Both the position numbers and the translations under genes were made by a program. From the NCBI GenBank assembly GCA_021734945.1, contig JAIPIA010000001.1:244415-308414 (forward strand): a DNA stretch of 64,000 bases, in the 5' to 3' direction. Each line of letters opens with the position of its first letter. Positions within the stretch are counted from its first letter, which is position 1. The notes under the pieces were generated by a model. The model was given only the letters and a program-made list of their open reading frames with translations, was not told the origin of the DNA and did not search any database. Below are positions 28,691-36,910 of the stretch, in pieces. The DNA comes from Minisyncoccota bacterium (lineage in GTDB: Bacteria; Patescibacteriota; Minisyncoccia; Phycocordibacterales; CAIZLB01).

Positions 28691-30751
28691 CTATTTTTTA
28701 GAATAAAAAGCTTTTGTCATCTTTTGGTCTTCGGTAAATATCCCATATTTTTTATCTGCCATTTCACTTTCATTTACATACATTTGATTCAAATCAAGCA
28801 TAGATAAAAACATCCTCTTCTGTTGGTCTAGAGTAAGTTCCTTAAACTCTTCTTCTTCCAATATCTTTTTCTTGAAGTCTCTTATTTTCACGTTATAATT
28901 AAGGAAATATTTTTCAATTAGAATATCAAAAAGTTTTGAAAGAGTAGTTAGATCTTTTGCATTTTGAATCTCCTCTTTTACTTTTTCATTCCATTTTGCA
29001 AGTTCGCAATAGACAAAGTCTCCACCACCTTGCCAATTTACATGTTTAGATATCCCAGATTTGTCACCTAATACAACACCTTTCATTCGTTCTTCTGGAT
29101 TATTATCTTGATAATCAAGTTGTTCAATTCCTATCCATTGCCTGTTAGTTTTGTGTGCTACAGCACAAGTCGTACCACTTCCAGCATGGAAATCTAAAAC
29201 TATATCACCCTTATCTGTAGCAAGTTCCAAAATTCTTTGAAGTAATTTTTCTGGTTTTTTTCCTTTCTTTAAGGATACACCTCCTTCAGAATGTAAATCA
29301 TTCGGCAAAACATCATTCCAAATATCAGAGAGTGGCTCTGAAAATACCAATTTTCCATCTATTTCGATTAACTTATTTGATAAAAATAGTATTGCCTTTC
29401 CATTATATATATAATAGTCATTTTTACCTTCTCGTTTTATATGAAATATTTTTGAAGGCTCTTTGATTGATTGATATTTTGTTTTTACAACTTCATCAGA
29501 CACCGATTTATCATCAAGAGTAACAGGTTGGAATATTTTATCTGCATTATCGTAATAAAACTTTTCAATTTCGTCATCATAAGAATTACTAAAATGCCTC
29601 TTTAAATCTTTCTTTGCAATACCTACATCATCTGCCCATGCATCAAGAACTGTGCAAAATTCCCACTGAGTGTGATTCTTATCAAAGTTTTTAATAAAAC
29701 TACTGTAACGAGTATCCCTCTCCTTCTCTCTAAATATACGATTTATTTTCCATTGTTTTGGATTTTTTGAATAAATTAGTATAAATTCAGAAACATTGAC
29801 CAATCCTAGATTAAATACTTTTGCTCCAGATATTGCACTTCTTTTAATTGTAACAATATTTTTTTTATTATTTTCTCCAAAAATTTCATCCATTAAAATT
29901 TGGAGGTAGGCTATTTCATTATTGTCAATAGAAATAAATATTGAGCCATCATCTCTCATTAAATCTTTAGCAACTTCTAAACGATTTTTCATAAAAGTTA
30001 ACCATGTTGAGTGATTAAAATTATCATTATAAGCAAAACTGTCATTCTTTGTGTTATACGGAGGATCAATGTATATAAGTTTTATCTTTCCACAGAATTC
30101 AGATTTTAAACTATGCAGAGCAAGGAGATTATTACCTTTAATAATCATATTTTCTTGTATTAAACCTGTTTTATCTCTCTTTATTTCTTTTACCACTTCT
30201 CCATCACTCTTGCTGTCTTTGGTGAATCGTTTCCAATTTACAAGAGCTTTCTTATCAAAGAGTCTATCTATCTCATCATGAGCAAGTACTTGATTGAAGA
30301 ATATTTCATTTCTCTTTCCATTTTTTTCTTCGTATATTCCATTTTTTTCGGAGTATTCAAAATATGTATCAGTACCCTCTTCAGTACTTTGTCCTCCTTC
30401 CAAGATACAGTCCTTGAAAGGAAAATCTAAGACAACATTGCTAACATTTTCCAACAATCCATTCTTGTCCGATAAACCTATTTTGTTTGCGTATTTGGTA
30501 TATGAATTATCAACCTTATTTTCATCTAAAAAGAATTTAAAATCCTGAATATTAAAAACATACACATCTTTAATTTTAATAAAGAATTTTGATTTTAGTT
30601 CCTTATTGTCAGCAAGGAGAGAGATGAGCTTTTCATCAATCCTGTCAGCATAATCTTTTACTTTTATGTAATTCAATTCTCCTGATTCAGAGTCAATATA
30701 TTTAGACTCTGCTTTTAATGTTTTCTCGAGAATTTGTTTTATTTTACTCAT
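28691..30751 (-). CDS. mod: Type III R-M Mod subunit (N6-adenine DNA methyltransferase, beta class).
   Basis: IYIDPPYNT catalytic motif followed by VLDFHAGSGTT (FxGxG AdoMet motif). It abuts res with a 1-nt gap. Confidence 0.85.
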   Translation of the reverse strand: MSKIKQILEKTLKAESKYIDSESGELNYIKVKDYADRIDEKLISLLADNKELKSKFFIKIKDVYVFNIQDFKFFLDENKVDNSYTKYANKIGLSDKNGLLENVSNVVLDFPFKDCILEGGQSTEEGTDTYFEYSEKNGIYEEKNGKRNEIFFNQVLAHDEIDRLFDKKALVNWKRFTKDSKSDGEVVKEIKRDKTGLIQENMIIKGNNLLALHSLKSEFCGKIKLIYIDPPYNTKNDSFAYNDNFNHSTWLTFMKNRLEVAKDLMRDDGSIFISIDNNEIAYLQILMDEIFGENNKKNIVTIKRSAISGAKVFNLGLVNVSEFILIYSKNPKQWKINRIFREKERDTRYSSFIKNFDKNHTQWEFCTVLDAWADDVGIAKKDLKRHFSNSYDDEIEKFYYDNADKIFQPVTLDDKSVSDEVVKTKYQSIKEPSKIFHIKREGKNDYYIYNGKAILFLSNKLIEIDGKLVFSEPLSDIWNDVLPNDLHSEGGVSLKKGKKPEKLLQRILELATDKGDIVLDFHAGSGTTCAVAHKTNRQWIGIEQLDYQDNNPEERMKGVVLGDKSGISKHVNWQGGGDFVYCELAKWNEKVKEEIQNAKDLTTLSKLFDILIEKYFLNYNVKIRDFKKKILEEEEFKELTLDQQKRMFLSMLDLNQMYVNESEMADKKYGIFTEDQKMTKAFYSKK

Positions 30752-30803
30752 ATTATGTATTCTCCTAATACTAACAAATTTATAGATAAATGGCTAAACT
30801 ATA

Positions 30804-30985
30804 AGGACTCGGTCACAGGTTCTTTTTGCTCCGCAAAAAGCCCTTCGACCCCACCTCACTCGCAGCAATTCGCCGTGTAAATCCTTCCGGCTCATATAGC
30901 TGCTTCGCTCCGGCTTTCTTCGTCCCCAGAGTCCATATGCATAAATAAAAATACTACATCTTGATAATGTAGTATTTTTATTATG
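30804..30985. repeat. Degenerate copy (unit C) of an approximately 175-nt tandem unit that begins with a fragment of the tRNA-Ala 3' end.
   Basis: aggactcggtca (30804..30815) matches unit B 30998..31009. The following roughly 100 nt align loosely with unit B (e.g. ...tttttgctccgc...cccttcgaccccacctc...tcgcc). Confidence 0.5.
30947..30979. terminator. Perfect AT-rich 13-bp inverted repeat (hairpin), candidate bidirectional terminator.
   Basis: aaaaatactacat-cttgata-atgtagtattttt. Confidence 0.45.
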
Positions 30986-31159
30986 TGTGGACCCTACAGG
31001 ACTCGGTCAGGAATAGTTTTTCGCTACCCGCTCAAAACCTTTCCCGACCCTACCTCGCAGTCTCGCCTACTGGCTCGACATTTGCTCCGTTTTTCTCATC
31101 CTTCAGGTATTCATTAGACAAAAGAAAAAGCCCAACGCAGGTTGGACTCTTTCTTTTGT
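30986..31159. repeat. Unit B of the tandem repeat. Its first 20 nt (30986..31005) are an exact direct repeat of the 3' terminal 20 nt of tRNA-Ala (31160..31179), i.e. an att-like site.
   Basis: tgtggaccctacaggactcg is identical at 30986..31005 and 31160..31179. The sequence diverges immediately afterwards. Confidence 0.65.
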
Positions 31160-31161
31160 TG

Positions 31162-31235
31162 TGGACCCTACAGGACTCGAACCTGCCACCTCCTCAGTGC
31201 AAATGAGGCGCTCTAGCCAGATGAGCTAAGGGCCC
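31162..31235 (-). tRNA. tRNA-Ala (anticodon UGC).
   Basis: The minus-strand sequence GGGCCCUUAGCUCAUCUGGCUAGAGCGCCUCAUUUGCACUGAGGAGGUGGCAGGUUCGAGUCCUGUAGGGUCCA folds as a cloverleaf. It has a 7-bp acceptor stem with the G3:U70 Ala identity pair, anticodon loop UUUGCAC, T-loop UUCGAGU and discriminator A. CCA is not encoded. Confidence 0.88.
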
Positions 31236-31379
31236 GTCTATTTCGTCGTGAAATTTGTTTGTTTAAGTATGTCTCGTCAAAGTCTGGCAACCCGACTAAA
31301 TCTACCTACAAATTTTCAACTAAAAACACGGCTTCCGTACTATTGCACATATACAAGTAACCGCGTAAGCACTATATTA

Positions 31380-32699
31380 CTATTTCTTGCTTTGAAGAGC
31401 AAGTCGGAGGACGTGATCTAAAAATTCATGGTGTTTTACACCTCCAGCGTCCAATGCTTTATACACTGGTGAGTGTTCATGCAAACTTGGATCTGTATTT
31501 ATTTCCAAAAGATAAACACCTCGCTTTGGGTGAACAATAAAGTCAGCTGTGGCAAAATGTCGCAAACCAAGAGAGTCACGAATCTTTTTTACAGCGTCCT
31601 CAATTATTCTCTTTTCATCATTTGTAATATTTGCAGGCGAAGTATGGTCATACAATCCAGCATGTTTTGCAATCCAGTTGAAAATAGAATGTCTTGGCTT
31701 CTTTTGAAGTACAGGATTGTTAAATAATGGAATTGATTCAGTCACATCCAATCCACTAGCACTTCCTACACTTTCATCAAGACCCTCACCACTAGTTGAC
31801 CCACTACTTACACCACTCACTGCAATACGATTTGCAATCTCTTGCTCCTCAGGCGAAAGATCCTCTATGCTTGTTTCAGAGCTTTTTTCATCACCCACTA
31901 TGTCAGTCATTGAAGGTTTAACACCATCAAAAATCTCCAACCCTGTTTGTGATATGTAACCATTTTGTCCCATTAACCCTTCTACACTCGATGCGAGACT
32001 AGACTCTTGTGTTCGCTGATGTGGTTTAACTTCCACTGGAAACATATGATACAAATCTTGCCCTCGAAAATCATCAATAAATCCTGAAATTATTTCTTTT
32101 CCAGTGAGATATTCTTCAACAATAACCTCATCAGAAAATCCACGAGCATGATCAAGTGCTTCTATTAGTTCATCAAAATTTGATGCAAACGAAACCCCAA
32201 GCGATGAACCCTTTCCAACTGGCTTTACAATGACTGGCATAGGGAAACTTCGAAACACATCCAACGCTACTGGGTGTAAATCTTTGTCTTGTGGCAAATT
32301 CAATTCACGGAAGTACGGCGTCTTAATTCCATGCTCTTTAAAATGCTTTTTAGATAATGGTTTGTTTTGTGTAAATGATGAAGCATACCCTTTCGTACCC
32401 ACAAAAGGCACAGCAAAGGATTCAAGAATAGAATGGAGTGGAGTTCCTGTATCAAAATTCCCTTTTGTAGCATTAAAAATAACATCAATAGTCCGTAGAA
32501 CCTGTTCAGGACTTTGTGCTGTACCATCGACATGCCACACGCCCTCTTTATCTATGAAAATATCTGTACCTTTGTATGTTTTTGACAGAGGCTCAGCTTT
32601 CAACATATTGAGAATGTGTTGACCTGTCTTCAGAGAGACATCATATTCATCAGTAGGTCCGCCTCGTAATACCCCCACATTAATCAGTGACATATGCAT
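31380..32699 (-). CDS. ddl: D-alanine--D-alanine ligase with a Ser/Gly-rich internal insertion.
   Basis: N-terminal VGVLRGGPTDEYDVSLKTG and SILESFAVPFVGTKG (Ddl N-terminal and central motifs), and an ATP-grasp C-terminal part (FATADFIVHPKRGVYLLEINT). Confidence 0.75.
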   Translation of the reverse strand: MHMSLINVGVLRGGPTDEYDVSLKTGQHILNMLKAEPLSKTYKGTDIFIDKEGVWHVDGTAQSPEQVLRTIDVIFNATKGNFDTGTPLHSILESFAVPFVGTKGYASSFTQNKPLSKKHFKEHGIKTPYFRELNLPQDKDLHPVALDVFRSFPMPVIVKPVGKGSSLGVSFASNFDELIEALDHARGFSDEVIVEEYLTGKEIISGFIDDFRGQDLYHMFPVEVKPHQRTQESSLASSVEGLMGQNGYISQTGLEIFDGVKPSMTDIVGDEKSSETSIEDLSPEEQEIANRIAVSGVSSGSTSGEGLDESVGSASGLDVTESIPLFNNPVLQKKPRHSIFNWIAKHAGLYDHTSPANITNDEKRIIEDAVKKIRDSLGLRHFATADFIVHPKRGVYLLEINTDPSLHEHSPVYKALDAGGVKHHEFLDHVLRLALQSKK

Positions 32700-33016
32700 T
32701 TGATTATACAGTCACTTTGAATTTATAAAAGATACTAACCCCCAGAAATCATCTACATTATGCGCAAAATCTATGGCATAAAAACAAAAAGAGCCTTACA
32801 CGAGGTAGGCTCTAAGACATATATGTTGCTTGTACCGAGGTACTTGCAGTTTCTTTTTGGGAGGTAAAACAAACCTTTGAAAGATTCCATGACACCAAGT
32901 GTTTAGGAATGTTTCTTAAAAGAACTTATGCGATTACAATATCGCGAGTTGAGCGGTGAGTTAGATTATTAATCCGTACTCTTTGCTCAAAGAACTTAAA
33001 TGCGGACGTTCCGCAT

Positions 33017-33172
33017 TGTTGTGTGGGTGGCCCCGGCAAAGATCCCTTTAGAGACCTTAGTATCTGGTGTTTGCACCAAGACGGTTTCCCTCAGGGAACC
33101 TTCACCGGGACCTTGGTCCAACAACCTCAGCTGAGGTTACCAATGGCGTTTAGGCATGCGAAGCCACCACAC
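33017..33172 (-). ncRNA. Candidate small structured RNA (about 155 nt) closed by a terminal helix; class unknown.
   Basis: GC-rich ORF-free patch. Minus-strand 5' GUGUGGUGGC pairs with 3' GCCACCCACAC. Internal hairpins include ACCUCAGCUGAGGU, GGACCAAGGUCC, GGUUCCCUGAGGGAAACC and GGUGCAAACACC. It lies upstream of ddl and downstream of the terminator of the preceding gene. Confidence 0.25.
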
Positions 33173-33261
33173 ACGTCTGAAACAGTACGCTCTTTTAAGA
33201 TTTCTGTCAATAGCCTTTGGTAATGTATATACATTAATTCTAAAACCTTCCTACTTATTCC

Positions 33262-33322
33262 AACACAACAAAAAACCACCGGGCGTACACTACTATTATT
33301 GTAGAGGCACGTATCCGGTGGT
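33262..33322 (-). terminator. Hairpin plus U-tract terminator (minus strand) for the lipoprotein gene.
   Basis: ACCACCGG ... CCGGTGGT 8-bp stem, followed on the minus strand by UUUUUUGUUGUG. Confidence 0.45.
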
Positions 33323-33341
33323 GTTGTCCCGTCAGCAGATA

Positions 33342-33959
33342 TTACTTCTGCTCAAGAGGAGTTGTTTGAAGGGTCGCGGCTGGAACTGTTGCCACCTTCG
33401 GCACCAACAGGTTTGATCTACCGAAAGCATTCTTGCTCGGCGTATCATCGAGGAGATCAGCGAGGATTGCTCGCTTGGCTTCGTCGAGTTTAATAACACC
33501 GACGCGTCCGATCTTTTCATTCGTCAAAATGCGACCGCCTGTTGTGCTGTCAGACACGCTACCAATACTGCGGATGACTTTGTAAACCACAACCTGCGCC
33601 TTGTCACCAGCTTTGAGCTGTTCATCTGCGGTGTACGTGATTTGGACGCCGTCGATTGTGACGAAATTGGTCACGATTCCAAACCGATCTTTCAACGTGA
33701 CTACTTCCCCGACATTGACGTCGGAGACCACTTCCGGATTTGCATCCTCAGTAGTGTAGATTCGCTGAAGGACTAATGGGTAAGTCATAGGCTGTAATGC
33801 CTCTGCCTTGGCCGGAGCAGGACTGGTGGCAGCTTTCTCGCTGCAGCCAGTGAAGCTGAGCATGAGGATGATAACAACAGCGACTCCCATCAAGGGTTCG
33901 AAGCAGTCGAGAATGTCCGCCAGCGCGTGCTGGGGCTTGTTAACTTTATTAATTTTCAT
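33342..33959 (-). CDS. GC-rich putative lipoprotein (205 aa).
   Basis: Signal peptide with a lipobox-like LSFTGCS. G+C is clearly above that of the neighbouring genes. Confidence 0.55.
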   Translation of the reverse strand: MKINKVNKPQHALADILDCFEPLMGVAVVIILMLSFTGCSEKAATSPAPAKAEALQPMTYPLVLQRIYTTEDANPEVVSDVNVGEVVTLKDRFGIVTNFVTIDGVQITYTADEQLKAGDKAQVVVYKVIRSIGSVSDSTTGGRILTNEKIGRVGVIKLDEAKRAILADLLDDTPSKNAFGRSNLLVPKVATVPAATLQTTPLEQK

Positions 33960-34060
33960 AAGGATCTAAGTATGTTGGACTGGATTGTAGGGTGTATTGT
34001 CTGTGCATCGGACATCTGCCGATTTTCATAATAGTACACAAATATTCGATTTAGTCAATA

Positions 34061-35602
34061 TTAAATACCTCTCGAAAGTGATCTTCGCTTTCTGTGTGTA
34101 GCAATGGCAAAACGGTGACACTCTTGGTTCAGTGAAATTACATCCCCATCGTCAAAATTAGTCACGTCATCGCCCTCATTTACCCGAACTATCTCTCTCG
34201 CTTTATGTGTCTCATCTTTTACAACTGCAATGAATTTAATTTTCACCTTAGATATCGATAACTCCAGCGATTCACTATAAAAATTCTGTAAAACCTCTTT
34301 AGCGACATTGATCTGAGCTGTACTACCATCAACCACAATATGCGTTGGCAAAGGCCAATCTTTGTGAGCAAGTCTTCGTTCAAGCACTTGTTTTAAAGCA
34401 CCAGTATCATTTGATGCTTTTATTTCTCTAATATTAAATTTCTTATACTGATCTTTTACAAAATCGCCATCTTGCATTACAACCATTACACCAACCATGT
34501 CCTTACCTGACATGTGTGCTATATCGTACGCTTCTGCACGTACTGTAAAGCTCTGTGTCTTTGAAGTATTTTTTCTTGACCCAACATATCCAAATTCAGC
34601 GTCTTTTTTGATCATTGAAATATCATGAATATGTACAAGCGCACTCAAGGTCTTCTTAATCTCGTTCGCCTCTTCAAACTTTTGCTCTTTTGCAAGTGAG
34701 AGCATTTCTTGTTTAAGGTCATCCATTACTGCTTGCTTTTTTCCTTTAAAAAATTTGCGAATATGTGAAATCTGCAACGAATATTCTTCTTGCGATATTT
34801 CACCAGTACACACACCAGGACAAAGTCCAATAGAACGGTTAAAACATGGCTTCCCTTTCATATATGTATTTTTGAGAGTGGCGCCGTCTGCTGAGATTTG
34901 GATTCCAATAGGCTCGCTCTGAGTACTTTTTTGAATATCATCTATTGTGTCGTTTTTTTCAACACTATTCATGTGATTCTGTTTATTGGCTCCAAAATTA
35001 AACGGCTCACACTTATCACGGAATGGAAAAATACGTCGGATAAGTTTCATGGCTTCTTTGAGCTCCGCTCCAAATGGAAATGGACCAAATACATCAGTGT
35101 ATTCAAAACCAAGTGAGTCTATTTGCTCCTGTTTTGTTGTGCCAGCCTGATTTGCCTGTTCGAGATTTCGCCCACGTACCACAAGCACTCGTGGAAAATC
35201 TTCTTTTGTAATCACAACGTAGTTAAAACTCTTATTGTCTTTCTCTTTTGTATTGTATCGAGGTAGATACTGCTTAATAAGTTCAGACTCAAGAATAAAG
35301 GCTTCGAGCACAGAGTCTGTCTCTTGAAATGAAATCGTATCAGCCTGCGCCACCATATCTACGAGAAGTCGACCTCGAGTTTTTATGAGGTCATCATTAA
35401 AATAGCTTCGCACACGTTCACGAAGACTTGTAGCCTTGCCGATATAAAGGGTTTCGGGACCTGTTTGCTCCTGACTTTTGAGTTCAGTTTCACTCTTTGT
35501 AGACGCAGCGCTGACGCCGGCATTAGTATCTGCATTTTTCTTAAAAAAATACACCCCTGGTCCCTCTGGCAGATTAAGTTTTTTAAATTCTTCGAGGTTC
35601 AT
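34061..35602 (-). CDS. uvrC: Excinuclease ABC subunit C, short form lacking the C-terminal (HhH)2 domain.
   Basis: N-terminal GIY-YIG (GVYFFKK...LYIGKATSLRERVRSYF), a UvrBC-interaction region and an RNase H-like endonuclease domain. Confidence 0.85.
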   Translation of the reverse strand: MNLEEFKKLNLPEGPGVYFFKKNADTNAGVSAASTKSETELKSQEQTGPETLYIGKATSLRERVRSYFNDDLIKTRGRLLVDMVAQADTISFQETDSVLEAFILESELIKQYLPRYNTKEKDNKSFNYVVITKEDFPRVLVVRGRNLEQANQAGTTKQEQIDSLGFEYTDVFGPFPFGAELKEAMKLIRRIFPFRDKCEPFNFGANKQNHMNSVEKNDTIDDIQKSTQSEPIGIQISADGATLKNTYMKGKPCFNRSIGLCPGVCTGEISQEEYSLQISHIRKFFKGKKQAVMDDLKQEMLSLAKEQKFEEANEIKKTLSALVHIHDISMIKKDAEFGYVGSRKNTSKTQSFTVRAEAYDIAHMSGKDMVGVMVVMQDGDFVKDQYKKFNIREIKASNDTGALKQVLERRLAHKDWPLPTHIVVDGSTAQINVAKEVLQNFYSESLELSISKVKIKFIAVVKDETHKAREIVRVNEGDDVTNFDDGDVISLNQECHRFAIATHRKRRSLSRGI

Positions 35603-35654
35603 AGGGGTAATATAGCATATTTAGCACTACCGACATGACAACACCCTTGCCCAT

Positions 35655-36308
35655 TTATTTTGACTTAATTTTTTCCATAGCGCCCGTTTTTTTAGGTTTA
35701 GCTTTTGACTTTTGTGACAATGACTTATTCTGCTGACTCGCAATCAATTTCAAAAATTCTTTTTCAGTAATAACATCCTTACCTTTTATTCTATCTAGGA
35801 AAACAATACCTTCGAGGTGATCATGTTCGTGTTGAAAAATTCGAGCAATAAAATCTTTAAACTTTTTATTTTGCTTTTTTCCATGTCTATCAGTGTATTC
35901 AATTTCTATAGATTCAAAACGTGGTACAAAACCTCGGATACCCGGAAAGCTTAGACAACCTTCCCAACCTTTAACTTTATTTGATGACTTCTTGATTATT
36001 TTTGGATTAATCAATGCATCAGGTCCAAACTCTGGTGCGGTTGGATATCTAGGGCTTGGAGATGAATGGATAATCATTGCACGCTTTGATTCGTAAATCT
36101 GCGGTGCAGCAATACCTACGCCAGAAGAGTCTTTGAGTGTAGCTATCATATCATCGAGCAGATTTTGAAATTCTTGAGTAGCTATTTCCTCAGCAGTGAC
36201 AGGAGTCGCCTTTTTACGGAGTACTTCATGACCTAGTTCTGCAACTTTGAGAAGTTTTGGTGTGTGGTTATTTGTATTTTTTTTCGGTGTTTTGGCTAGT
36301 TCTTTCAT
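35655..36308 (-). CDS. def: Peptide deformylase.
   Basis: GIAAPQI, EGCLSFPG and QHEHDHLEG motifs. Confidence 0.9.
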   Translation of the reverse strand: MKELAKTPKKNTNNHTPKLLKVAELGHEVLRKKATPVTAEEIATQEFQNLLDDMIATLKDSSGVGIAAPQIYESKRAMIIHSSPSPRYPTAPEFGPDALINPKIIKKSSNKVKGWEGCLSFPGIRGFVPRFESIEIEYTDRHGKKQNKKFKDFIARIFQHEHDHLEGIVFLDRIKGKDVITEKEFLKLIASQQNKSLSQKSKAKPKKTGAMEKIKSK

Positions 36309-36355
36309 TTGTTTAAATACTACGCTTTCAGGCCTTAAAGTGCAAATAGGGTGTT

Positions 36356-36910
36356 TTACATAGCCGTATCTTCAAGATATTTCATCATAAAAGTCTCATC
36401 CCGAACAATAGAATCAGGATACAAATCAGGTGAAGGATTTGTTCTAATAAGACGAATAGCTTCTTGAATATCTACCCACATTACACTTTTTCCTTCAGCT
36501 ATTTCTTTATTAGTTAAAGTTTGATCTCCTTTCTCACCAACAACGCGTGCTATAAAACAAAATGTTTCGTTAATAAGATTTTTACTTTTTATGTATTCCT
36601 TGAATATTCCAATTTCACCAGTAATCTCAATATCACAGCCTATTTCTTCCTTTGCTTCACGAATAGCTCCTAACTCTAAGGATTCAGATTCTTCTACTCC
36701 TCCACCTGGCAGCTCATAATATCCCCTATTTTTTGCATTAATAAATGCAATTTTATTTTGTGTTTCACTTTCTGAATTATTATCAAAAGCAATAACTCGA
36801 ACAGTTCGTCTGTGTTTGTAAGTCTGAATTTCTTCCTCAGTTAGGTTATCTATGTTTAGGAGTTTGAGTAGTTGCATGCAATAGATTTTATCATACATAC
36901 AAACCACCAC
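36356..36910 (-). CDS. NUDIX hydrolase.
   Basis: Nudix box GGGVEESESLELGAIREAKEEIG. Confidence 0.8.
   Translation of the reverse strand: MVVCMYDKIYCMQLLKLLNIDNLTEEEIQTYKHRRTVRVIAFDNNSESETQNKIAFINAKNRGYYELPGGGVEESESLELGAIREAKEEIGCDIEITGEIGIFKEYIKSKNLINETFCFIARVVGEKGDQTLTNKEIAEGKSVMWVDIQEAIRLIRTNPSPDLYPDSIVRDETFMMKYLEDTAM

Noticed and set aside
22000-31300. Search for an integrase, recombinase or transposase delimiting the R-M island
   Set aside because: No ORF in the window shows tyrosine or serine recombinase, or DDE transposase, motifs. The island boundaries are therefore left undefined rather than invented.
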